Assembly: GCA_035285865.1 (NCBI GenBank)
Contig: JAYKHS010000007.1
Location: 45,240 to 109,239 of the forward strand
Source of the DNA: Candidatus Sericytochromatia bacterium
GTDB taxonomy: Bacteria > Cyanobacteriota > Sericytochromatia > S15B-MN24 > VGJW01
Direction: 5' to 3'
Length of the DNA: 64,000 bases
Under the pieces are notes generated by a model that saw only the letters and a program-made list of their open reading frames with translations, did not search any database and was not told the origin of the DNA. Shown here piece by piece: positions 56,556-64,000 of this stretch (positions are counted from its first letter, which is position 1; each line of letters starts with the position of its first letter). The position numbers were made by a program, and so were the translations under genes.

Positions 56556-57338
56556 ATGCTGCCAACCCGTCGCCTGCGCCTGCCGTCCTTCCTGCCCCTC
56601 GTGCTGCTTGCCGGGTGTACAGGGGCGGGTGGCGCGACGGTTTCGGCCCCGACGCCCGGACCCGCCGGTGAACTTGTCGTCGAGATCAGCAACTTCGCCT
56701 TCAAGCCCGAGTCCGTCACCCTTGCCGTCGGGCAGTCCGTCCGCTTCGTGAACAAGGACTTCATGGCGCATACCGTGACGCCGCTCGATGCTGCGGCGTT
56801 CCCGGCCGAGGATGACATCCGCCCGGGTCAGGAGCGTCTGGTCACGCCGAAACGCGCCGGGTCGTGGGCCTTCCGCTGCGACTATCACCCCTCGATGAAG
56901 GGTGGCCTGACGGTGACGGGGGATGCGGCACCTGCAGCTTCGCCGACCCAGGCGCCCCTGCAGACACCGACACCCCAGCCAACGGCCATGCCGAGTCCTG
57001 CCGGCAGTGTCACGCTTTCACCAGCCATCCCGCCGCCATCGCCCTCCCCCTCGCCGACGCCAATCCCGACGGACTTCGTCGAGGTCAAGATCAGCGCCTT
57101 TGCCTTCGTGCCCGCAACCATCCTCGCGCGCCCCGGCCAGACGTTGCGCTTCACCAACGTCCACACCGGTGTCCCCCATACCGTGACATCGGTCGTGACG
57201 GGTTCCGAGGCACGGGTCTTCGATTCGGCGCGGCTCGAGACCGGACAGACCTACACCGTCTCGGTCCCGGCCACCGGCAGCTATCCGATCGTCTGCAACT
57301 TCCACCCGAGCATGACGGCGACGGTCAGGGTCGAGTAG
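56556..57338 (+). CDS. lipoprotein with two cupredoxin (plastocyanin/amicyanin-like) domains
   Basis: Lipobox LAGC; two type-1 Cu sites HTV...CDYHPSM and HTV...CNFHPSM joined by a Pro linker. Confidence 0.9.
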   Translation: MLPTRRLRLPSFLPLVLLAGCTGAGGATVSAPTPGPAGELVVEISNFAFKPESVTLAVGQSVRFVNKDFMAHTVTPLDAAAFPAEDDIRPGQERLVTPKRAGSWAFRCDYHPSMKGGLTVTGDAAPAASPTQAPLQTPTPQPTAMPSPAGSVTLSPAIPPPSPSPSPTPIPTDFVEVKISAFAFVPATILARPGQTLRFTNVHTGVPHTVTSVVTGSEARVFDSARLETGQTYTVSVPATGSYPIVCNFHPSMTATVRVE

Positions 57339-57359
57339 CACCGGAGCCTTCCCCTCGCC

Positions 57360-59444
57360 TCAGGGATAGCCCTCGGGCACCAACCGCGCCAGATGCCCGC
57401 CCACCTGCTCGAGGCGCGCCGAGGCCTCTTCGGCCGAAAGCCCCAGCAACCCCATCGCGGCCGCCAGGCGGACCTTACCCCCGGCCGCATCCAGCAGGCG
57501 TTCCGCTTCGGGCATGCCCTTCATCACGATCTCGTCGATGATGCGGATGGCACGGTCGCGCAATTTGCGGTTCGAGACGTTCACATCGACCATCAGGTTG
57601 CCCCATGTCTTGCCCGTGAGCACCATGATGCCGGTGGATAGGGTCCCCAACACGACCTTGGTCGCCGTGCCGGCCTTCAGGCGGGTGCTGCCCGTCAGCA
57701 ATTCGGGGCCCGTGACGATCTCGATCAGGTGGTCGACCGGGGGCTTGCCCTCCGGCCATCGGCCCTCCTGCGGCACGCACGTGACGAGCGCCGTCAGCGC
57801 TCCTTGGGCACGGGCGTGGGCGAGACCGGCACGGACATAGGCAGCCCCCCCTGAAGCCGACAGGCCGACCACGATGTCGTCCGGCCCGACGCCTGCTCCC
57901 TGCAGATCGGCCACGCCAAGTTCCCCACGGTCCTCGGCCCCTTCGACGGCACGCGTGAGCGCCGACGGACCACCGGCCATGAAGCCGAGGACGCGCTCGG
58001 GAGCCGTCGAGAACGTCGGCGGACATTCCGCCGCATCCAGCACGCCCAGTCGTCCCGAGGTACCGGCCCCGAGGTAGATCAGCCGGCCCCCGCGCCCGAA
58101 CCGCTCGGCCGCATCGGCCAGCAGGCTCGCCAAAGGCGCCCGGGCACTGCGGACGGCAGCCGTGACGCTGTCTTCCTCGGCCGCGAAGTGCTCGACGATG
58201 TCCCCGGCGGAGGCTCTGTCGAGGTAAAGCGTGCCCGGATGACGGCGCTCGGTCGGCGGCAGGTGGGGATCCAGCCTCACCCACGGCATCTCGACCAGCA
58301 AGCGCTGATAGTTGGCGCCCGGGGCAATCGTCCCGAGGATGGTGGCGCGACGGGCGCCCGTAGCCTCCGGAGCATGGTTGAGGCGACCGAGGACGGCTTC
58401 GTAGGCAAACAACGCAAAGGCCACAGCTTCGCGGGCCGCCGCCTCGGGCAACTTCTCGAGCACGAGGCCATGCTCGGCGATGAGGGCCTTCAGGCGACGC
58501 ATCAGCGTCCTGTTGCGCACGCCACCGCCGGCAACCCTGACCCGCGAGGGCCGGAACGACCGATTCGGGGGCTGCTCCATCCACTGCACCAGCCCCCGGA
58601 CGACCGTCCGGGCCGTCAGTTCGGTCGCCGTGGCCAGCACGTCCTCGACCGACAGCTCCAGTTGCATGGCCCGCTCCAGAAGACGCGCGACATAGGGCTG
58701 GCCAAACGCTTCGCGTCCCGTCGACTTGGGTGGAAGCTGCCCGAAGTAGGGGTTGTCCAGCAGCGCCCCGAGCAACACCGGATGCACCTGGCCACGGGCC
58801 GCCACCGCTCCGTCCCTGTCGCAAGGCAGGTTCAGCAGTTCCTGAGCCAGGCCGTCGAGGACCATGTTGGCCGGACCGGTATCGAAGCCCGCGGCCGGCC
58901 CCTGCCGCGGAAGCAGCGTGAGGTTCGCGATGCCGCCCAGATTGAGCAGCACCTCGTCGGCCTCTTCCGAGCCGTACAGGATCTGGTCCGAGTGGGGGAC
59001 CAGCGGTGCCCCCTGACCGCCCAGCGCCAGATCGGCCACGCGAAAGTCCCCGACGGTCGTCAGCCCGGTCAAGGCCGCGATTCGCGATGGCGATCCGAGC
59101 TGCACCGAGGCCACGCCCGGCAGATGCAGCACGGTCTGGCCGTGGCTGCCCACGAGCTGGATCGTCTCATCGGGCGTCTTGCGCCACGGCAAGGGCACAT
59201 CCGCGACGGCGGTGGCAAAGGCATCGGCCACCTCCACCTCGAGGCGCGCGACCTCCTCGAGGGGCGTACCGGGGCCCACTGCCCGGATGCGCGCGCCCAG
59301 TCCCTCCGGGTAGCGGACGGTCATGTGACCTTCGACGCGATGCCGGATGCGTCCCCCCGCCGTCCAGAAGACCACCTGCGCCACGTCGATCCCGTCGGCC
59401 GACGTGCCGGACATCAACCCGAGGACCCGCATCCTGTAAGCCAT
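57360..59444 (-). CDS. anmK-murQ: fused anhydro-N-acetylmuramic acid kinase / MurNAc-6-P etherase
   Basis: GLMSGTSADG, GSHGQT, GGQGAPL, NLGGIAN, FDTGPAN, KSTGRE; then TE, GAGTSGRLG.LDAAEC..TF, EGAED, GPE..TGSTRLKAGTA, GNLMVDV..SN.KL. Confidence 0.93.
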   Translation of the reverse strand: MAYRMRVLGLMSGTSADGIDVAQVVFWTAGGRIRHRVEGHMTVRYPEGLGARIRAVGPGTPLEEVARLEVEVADAFATAVADVPLPWRKTPDETIQLVGSHGQTVLHLPGVASVQLGSPSRIAALTGLTTVGDFRVADLALGGQGAPLVPHSDQILYGSEEADEVLLNLGGIANLTLLPRQGPAAGFDTGPANMVLDGLAQELLNLPCDRDGAVAARGQVHPVLLGALLDNPYFGQLPPKSTGREAFGQPYVARLLERAMQLELSVEDVLATATELTARTVVRGLVQWMEQPPNRSFRPSRVRVAGGGVRNRTLMRRLKALIAEHGLVLEKLPEAAAREAVAFALFAYEAVLGRLNHAPEATGARRATILGTIAPGANYQRLLVEMPWVRLDPHLPPTERRHPGTLYLDRASAGDIVEHFAAEEDSVTAAVRSARAPLASLLADAAERFGRGGRLIYLGAGTSGRLGVLDAAECPPTFSTAPERVLGFMAGGPSALTRAVEGAEDRGELGVADLQGAGVGPDDIVVGLSASGGAAYVRAGLAHARAQGALTALVTCVPQEGRWPEGKPPVDHLIEIVTGPELLTGSTRLKAGTATKVVLGTLSTGIMVLTGKTWGNLMVDVNVSNRKLRDRAIRIIDEIVMKGMPEAERLLDAAGGKVRLAAAMGLLGLSAEEASARLEQVGGHLARLVPEGYP

Positions 59445-59557
59445 GGCCCTAGCATAACCTTTTCTTATCCTCCGCCTGCCGATTTCATGGCAAACTGAAA
59501 ATGGCTCGCACCTGACCGCATCATCGCCGCCCGTTGCCGGGCCAACCCCTTTTTGCG

Positions 59558-61366
59558 ATGAGCACGCTGCGTACCTTCGACCTCGAACTGAGGCCCCTCG
59601 ATCGGGCCCAGCGCGAAGGCCTGCGCCGAATCCGCACTCAGGTCGAGTCCTGGTCGGCCCTCTGGAACGAAGCCCTCGCCCCGCTCGGCTGGGTGGATCT
59701 GGCCCAGTCCGTTCGGGATGAAGGCCTCGCCCGAGCCCGCACGATGCTCGACAGCGCCCGCGCGGGTGTCGAAGCCCTGCCCGAGCCTTTCCGCGGCACG
59801 CTCCTGGGCGCCCTCAGGACCCAGTACCGGGCGCTCACGGCCGGTGTCGCGGCCACCCGGGGCGAAGCCTGGACCTGGGCCGTATTCGCACCGGGCACGT
59901 GGACGCTCGTGCCTGCCGGGGATGACACCCTGCGCCTGCACCTGCCGCTGCTGGGCCGGGATCTGCCTGTCCACGCCCGCCTGCCCCAGGGCCTGGACAC
60001 CGAGACGTTCCGGCGCCAGACGGAGGGTGCCCGCTGGCTCGAGGCGCGCATCGGCCGCAGGCAGGGCCGCTGGGTGCTGCGCATCCGTTGCCGCCTCGCT
60101 GTCCGCACGCCCGTGGGCGTGGATCTCGGCATGCGCCACCGGGCGGTTGTGGCCGATGCCGACGGCCGACTCCTGCTCGATGCAACCGGTCGCCGTGAAC
60201 GCGGCAAGGTTGCCCGGATGGAGCGCGTGATGGCCTCGATGCAGCGCAAGGGCGCCCATCGGGCCGCACGACGCCTCGCCGCCCGGCGTGACCGCTATCA
60301 GGCCAACTGCGACCTCGCGGTGGCCGGGGCGGTGGTTCGCGCCGCCAGCAAGGTCGCAACGCCGGTCCTGCATCTCGAGAACGAGGCCACCTTCGCGACC
60401 TTGCCCGACGCCATGCGTCGCCGTCTGGTCCGCACCAGCCGGGCCATTCGCCGCAGCGCCAGCCGCGCCGGCGTGCCCGTCCGCTTGCTGGACGGTCGCC
60501 AGTCCACCCATCGCTGCGAAGCGTGCGGGACCCACGTCCCCGCTTCGTCTGCCCCCCTCGTGTCCTGCCGGTGCGGTTCGCGCCCGCGGGATCTGCAAGC
60601 GTCGCGCAACCTTGCGCGTCTCGCGTCGGCACGGGTTCGCCCGTCCGGCGAAGCTCCCCGACCGGATTCGGGGAGACAGGCCGTCGGCACGGCTGCATCC
60701 CCGCCTCCTGCCCGTTACAAGGGCGTGCAGGAGCGCGCGGGAAGGGGCACGCAAGTCCCCCATGCCTGGATGAACAACATCCCGTCCCTTGGTGCGCCCG
60801 CAAGGCGCCAGAAGGAGAAACCCCTCATGACGACCATCGTCAAGGATCTCGGCGAGACCACCCAGAAGCTCGTCGTCCACTCGCTCGACAACCTCAAGAC
60901 CTATGTCGAGAAGACCTCCCAGGAACTGGGCGGCGTCAACCTCGTTGGCGCGACCCGGAACGTCCTCGACACCGCGATTGACGGCGCCAAGAACGTCGTC
61001 AAGGCGGCCGAGACCCTCTCGGACGATCCCTTCACGGCCATCAAGGTCGTGGCCGATCGCTCCGTCGAGGCCACCCGGGAAGTCCTCAACACCATCGCCG
61101 AGGAAGGCCGCAAGGCCGATCTCGTCGGGGTGTCGAGCCGCATCGCGATGGAAGGGCTCAACACCCTTCGCTCCGAAGTGGATTACGGCCTCGAGACGGG
61201 CAAGGCGCTCGTGAACCGGCTTCAGGCCTCGGCCACGCCGACCCAGCCGGTCGTGACGCGTCCGCCTCAGGTGACCCGTGTCGAGATCGAACACGAGAAG
61301 CCCGCGAGGAGCAGCGCCAAGAGCACCGAGAAGGCCGCCGCGGCTGAAAAGCCCGCCAACGCCTGA
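59558..61366 (+). CDS. tnpB: TnpB/Cas12f-like RNA-guided nuclease domain in frame with a C-terminal amphipathic helical domain
   Basis: RuvC-I GVDLG (D at 60122), bridge-helix-like Arg-rich segment, RuvC-II LHLEN (E at 60377), STHRCEAC..CRC Zn finger, RuvC-III RDLQASRNL (D at 60590); no stop until 61366. Confidence 0.8.
   Translation: MSTLRTFDLELRPLDRAQREGLRRIRTQVESWSALWNEALAPLGWVDLAQSVRDEGLARARTMLDSARAGVEALPEPFRGTLLGALRTQYRALTAGVAATRGEAWTWAVFAPGTWTLVPAGDDTLRLHLPLLGRDLPVHARLPQGLDTETFRRQTEGARWLEARIGRRQGRWVLRIRCRLAVRTPVGVDLGMRHRAVVADADGRLLLDATGRRERGKVARMERVMASMQRKGAHRAARRLAARRDRYQANCDLAVAGAVVRAASKVATPVLHLENEATFATLPDAMRRRLVRTSRAIRRSASRAGVPVRLLDGRQSTHRCEACGTHVPASSAPLVSCRCGSRPRDLQASRNLARLASARVRPSGEAPRPDSGRQAVGTAASPPPARYKGVQERAGRGTQVPHAWMNNIPSLGAPARRQKEKPLMTTIVKDLGETTQKLVVHSLDNLKTYVEKTSQELGGVNLVGATRNVLDTAIDGAKNVVKAAETLSDDPFTAIKVVADRSVEATREVLNTIAEEGRKADLVGVSSRIAMEGLNTLRSEVDYGLETGKALVNRLQASATPTQPVVTRPPQVTRVEIEHEKPARSSAKSTEKAAAAEKPANA
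60603..60810 (+). ncRNA. putative structured RNA (omega-RNA-like scaffold / 5' leader) overlapping the tnpB 3' end
   Basis: Consecutive hairpins: acggg-UUCG-cccgt (60631-44), ctccccga/tcggggag (60654-75), gccgt/acggc (60680-93), ctcctgc/gcaggag (60705-33), gggg.ac-GCAA-gtcccc (60744-60), ggatg/catcc (60768-82), gcgcc/ggcgc (60794-808). Confidence 0.5.
60827..61366 (+). CDS. independently initiated 179-aa amphipathic helical (phasin-like) protein with Ala/Lys tail
   Basis: AAGGAG at 60812-17 before ATG 60827; abrupt change to AAG/ATC/AAC/ACC-rich codons; internal duplication (..ELGGVNLVG.. / ..EEGRKADLVG..). Confidence 0.75.
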   Translation: MTTIVKDLGETTQKLVVHSLDNLKTYVEKTSQELGGVNLVGATRNVLDTAIDGAKNVVKAAETLSDDPFTAIKVVADRSVEATREVLNTIAEEGRKADLVGVSSRIAMEGLNTLRSEVDYGLETGKALVNRLQASATPTQPVVTRPPQVTRVEIEHEKPARSSAKSTEKAAAAEKPANA

Positions 61367-61379
61367 TCGACGGCTGCAG

Positions 61380-61411
61380 CCGCCGGGTCCGGACCAGTCC
61401 GGGCCCGGCGG
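61380..61411. terminator. terminator between the tnpB fusion and tmk
   Basis: ccgccgggtccggac/gtccgggcccggcgg stem followed by ccttttg. Confidence 0.7.
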
Positions 61412-61425
61412 TCCGCCTTTTGAGG

Positions 61426-62079
61426 TCAGGCGAGGTCGGCGAGCGCCACCCCTGCCGCTACGAGAACCGCATCCGGATCGGCGGTGCCATCAACCCGAAC
61501 AATGCGTGCGCCATGTTCACGTGCAAGCACGGCAAAGCCTTCGCGCACCCGCTCGTGGAAAGCCACCCCGGCACCCTCGAGCCGGTCCGGACCACGCGAG
61601 GCGGCGGCGCGGCGCAGACCTTCCGCAACAGGCACATCCAGCCAGAGGGTGCGATCCGGCACGAGCCCGGCCGTTGCCCACGCATTGACCTGCTCGACCA
61701 TGGCGCGGTCGAGCCCTCGACCGAAGGCCTGGTAAGCCACCAGCGAATCGACGTGGCGATCGCAGAGCACCCACGCACCCCGCGCCAGAGCCGGACGAAC
61801 CACCTCGGCCAGATGCTGGGCACGGTCTGCGCCATACAGCAACAACTCAGCCAACGGGTCCACATCGTGCCCCGGTGCCAGCAACAACTGGCGAATCGCA
61901 CCCCCAAGACCCGTTCCTCCGGGCTCGCGGGTGACGACGACCTCCCTGCCCTCGCTGCCCAGCATCTCGGCAAGCGCGCGGATGAGCGTCGTCTTGCCCG
62001 CGCCCTCCCCGCCCTCGAAGGTCACGAAACGGCCCTTGCCGCTCCGAGGCAACGGGGATAGCCGGTCCACGCCGCTCAA
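61426..62079 (-). CDS. tmk: thymidylate kinase
   Basis: FVTFEGGEGAGKTT, TREPGGT, ADRAQH, CDRH.DS.VAYQ, PD.T.WLDV, DRLE. Confidence 0.96.
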   Translation of the reverse strand: MSGVDRLSPLPRSGKGRFVTFEGGEGAGKTTLIRALAEMLGSEGREVVVTREPGGTGLGGAIRQLLLAPGHDVDPLAELLLYGADRAQHLAEVVRPALARGAWVLCDRHVDSLVAYQAFGRGLDRAMVEQVNAWATAGLVPDRTLWLDVPVAEGLRRAAASRGPDRLEGAGVAFHERVREGFAVLAREHGARIVRVDGTADPDAVLVAAGVALADLA

Positions 62080-64000
62080 GGGACCGCTCCCGGAAGACGT
62101 GGGCGCAAGGGCGCTTCAGACGGCGACCAGACGGGCATCGGCAGCACCTGGGGCGACGACGACGCAGGCGACGACGCAGGCGACGACGCAGGCGACGACG
62201 CAGGCGACGACGCAGGCGACGGCGCTTCCGTGGCCCCTTCCGAAACACTGCTTTCCCGCGCGCCTGGCAACACGACGGGTTCCGCATCCTGGAAGGGATC
62301 CCAGGTGGGACCAGGTGACGGCAGACCCGGTGGGGGGCTGGCCTCGGGGAAGTTCCGCACGGGCAGGCCGGAGTGCCAGTCCTTCATGACCTTGCGCCAG
62401 ATGCGGGCGGCCACCCTCCCCCCGAAGGCCCCGTCCTTCATCGGTGCGCGATCGTCGTTGCCGACCCACACGGCCAGGCTGACCTGCGGCGTGAATCCTG
62501 CGAACCAGGCATCGCGGAACGCACTGGTCGTCCCCGTCTTGCCCGCGGCCGGCCGACCGATGCCCTGGCCCTTGGCCGTGCCGCGCTCGAGGACGCCGGA
62601 GAGCACCGAGACCAGGCGGGAAACGGCATGGGGCGGGGCTACCTCGGCCCGACGGGGTGCCGGACGCTCGTCGAGGCCGCCGCCCACGACCCGCACATGC
62701 AGCTGTGGCTGGACCCACTGGCCCTTGTTGGCGAACGCCGCGTAGGCGGCCGCGAGCTCGATGGGGTTGGTGGCTCCCGAGCCCAGTGCAAGCGTCAGGT
62801 CCCGGGGATGCGGTCCCCGCATGCCGGCCGCCTTGAGGATGGCCTCGACCGGCTGGCGCCCTACCTCGGCATAGGTCCGGACCGCCACCGTGTTGACCGA
62901 CTGCTCCAACGCGGCGCGAAGCGTCAGCGCACCATAGATGCGCCCGTCGTCGTTGCGCGGCTGGTACCAGCGCCCGTTGCCGGCCGGGTAGCGCGCCGCC
63001 GCGTCCACCACCACGTCCTCCGGCGTCCGGCCGGAGGCGAAGGCCGCAAGGTAGACGAACGGCTTCATGCAACTGCCCGGCTGCAGGTTCGCCATCGTCC
63101 GGTCGTAGTCCGTCGCCCCGACGCCACCCACAAGGGCCAGCACGTGGCCCGTGCCGGGTTCGACGGCCGCCATGGCCACCTGTCTGAAGCCCATCCGGGC
63201 ACCATCCGTCCGCACGGCCTCCTCGGCCGCGGCCACCGCCAACTCCTGCAACCGGGCATCCAGCGTCGTCTGGACCACAAGCCCGCCCTCCTGCACGCGC
63301 GCCGGCCCGAGACGCGCCTCGAGCACGCTCTGCAGGCGACGGCGGAACCAGCCGTGGTCATCCCGGGGCGAACGCTTGATGCCAAGGTGCCGACGCAGAC
63401 CGTGTCCATCGATCTCTCCGGCACGCCAACGGGCCACCTGTCGGGTGCGTGCCTCGCGAACCAAACGATCCGCCTTGAGATGACCGGCATTCACCATGCG
63501 GCCAAGCACGAAACGCTGGCGATCGATGAGTCGGTCGAGTCCATCGTCCGAGAAGGGATCGTATTGTGACGGTCCCTTGAGCATGGCGACAAGCACGGCC
63601 CCTTGGCCGGGATCCAGTCGGCTCGCCGGCTTGCCGAAGTAGACCTCCGCCGCTGCGGCAACGCCGTACGCACCCCGCCCCCACCAGACCTCGTTCAAGT
63701 AGCGTTCCAGAATCTGGTCCTTGGTCATGCCACGCGTGAGCTGGACCGTGACCATGGCCTCGCGCAACTTGCGGTCCAGGGTCTTGCGTCGGTCCTGGAT
63801 CAGCGTCTTGGCCAACTGTTGCGTCAGCGTCGACCCGCCCTCCCGAGCCTCTCCCGCGAGCAGGTTCTTGAACATCGCCCTTGCGAGGCCCTTGGGATCG
63901 AAACCGACATTGCCGTAGAAGCCGGGATCCTCGGTATCGATCAAGGCCTGCCGCAGGGACTCCGGCACGTCGGCCAGAGCCACGGCGTGCTGATGGCGTT
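62076..64000 (-). CDS. class A penicillin-binding protein (transglycosylase/transpeptidase), 5' end outside the window
   Basis: TED..FY..GFD, GGSTLTQQLAK, RKLRE, KDQILERYLN, QPGSCMKP, SVN, GKTGT. Confidence 0.93.
   Translation of the reverse strand, partial: RHQHAVALADVPESLRQALIDTEDPGFYGNVGFDPKGLARAMFKNLLAGEAREGGSTLTQQLAKTLIQDRRKTLDRKLREAMVTVQLTRGMTKDQILERYLNEVWWGRGAYGVAAAAEVYFGKPASRLDPGQGAVLVAMLKGPSQYDPFSDDGLDRLIDRQRFVLGRMVNAGHLKADRLVREARTRQVARWRAGEIDGHGLRRHLGIKRSPRDDHGWFRRRLQSVLEARLGPARVQEGGLVVQTTLDARLQELAVAAAEEAVRTDGARMGFRQVAMAAVEPGTGHVLALVGGVGATDYDRTMANLQPGSCMKPFVYLAAFASGRTPEDVVVDAAARYPAGNGRWYQPRNDDGRIYGALTLRAALEQSVNTVAVRTYAEVGRQPVEAILKAAGMRGPHPRDLTLALGSGATNPIELAAAYAAFANKGQWVQPQLHVRVVGGGLDERPAPRRAEVAPPHAVSRLVSVLSGVLERGTAKGQGIGRPAAGKTGTTSAFRDAWFAGFTPQVSLAVWVGNDDRAPMKDGAFGGRVAARIWRKVMKDWHSGLPVRNFPEASPPPGLPSPGPTWDPFQDAEPVVLPGARESSVSEGATEAPSPASSPASSPASSPASSPASSSPQVLPMPVWSPSEAPLRPRLPGAVP
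62158..62221. repeat. 12-bp perfect tandem repeat (about 5 copies) encoding (ASSP)n in the PBP tail
   Basis: caggcgacgacg repeated at 62165, 62177, 62189, 62201 plus partial copies. Confidence 0.9.

Noticed and set aside
59445-61420. Intact IS200/IS605 or IS607 mobile element
   Set aside because: No tnpA or serine recombinase and no recognisable left-end hairpin or cleavage motifs; reported instead as a candidate domesticated tnpB
59445-62230. CRISPR array or cas genes accompanying the Cas12f-like gene
   Set aside because: No spaced direct repeats or cas1/2/4; the nearby 12-bp repeat is spacer-less and coding

Overview
GC-rich (about 68-70%) bacterial chromosomal window with about 55 densely packed genes; no rRNA, tRNA or CRISPR array is visible. 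The gene mix (DUF445, BtpA, PSP1/RicT next to holB, cyanobacteria-style Slt, many Pro/Ser/Thr-stalked lipoproteins, an outer-membrane barrel, no photosynthesis genes) suggests a diderm Terrabacteria lineage such as Ca. Sericytochromatia, but this is inference only. Housekeeping blocks (tgt, holB, murI, malQ, fadE, suhB, slt, add, msrB, anmK-murQ fusion, tmk, PBP1A) flank a three-ligase plus peptidase operon (29.9-34.5 kb) and a decaying accessory region (about 34.6-47.8 kb; several pseudogenes, AAA-PD-(D/E)xK, DUF429, an FGE-sulfatase-domain gene). The most striking element is at 59.5-61.4 kb: a transposase-free TnpB/Cas12f-like gene with an intact D-E-D RuvC triad. It has no stop codon after RuvC-III and reads through a hairpin-packed (UUCG/GNRA) omega-RNA-like segment into a separately initiated amphipathic, phasin-like gene. 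Also notable are a recurrent 11-bp-periodic TTAAC motif, widespread leaderless-promoter signatures and an unannotated 57-aa lipoprotein.
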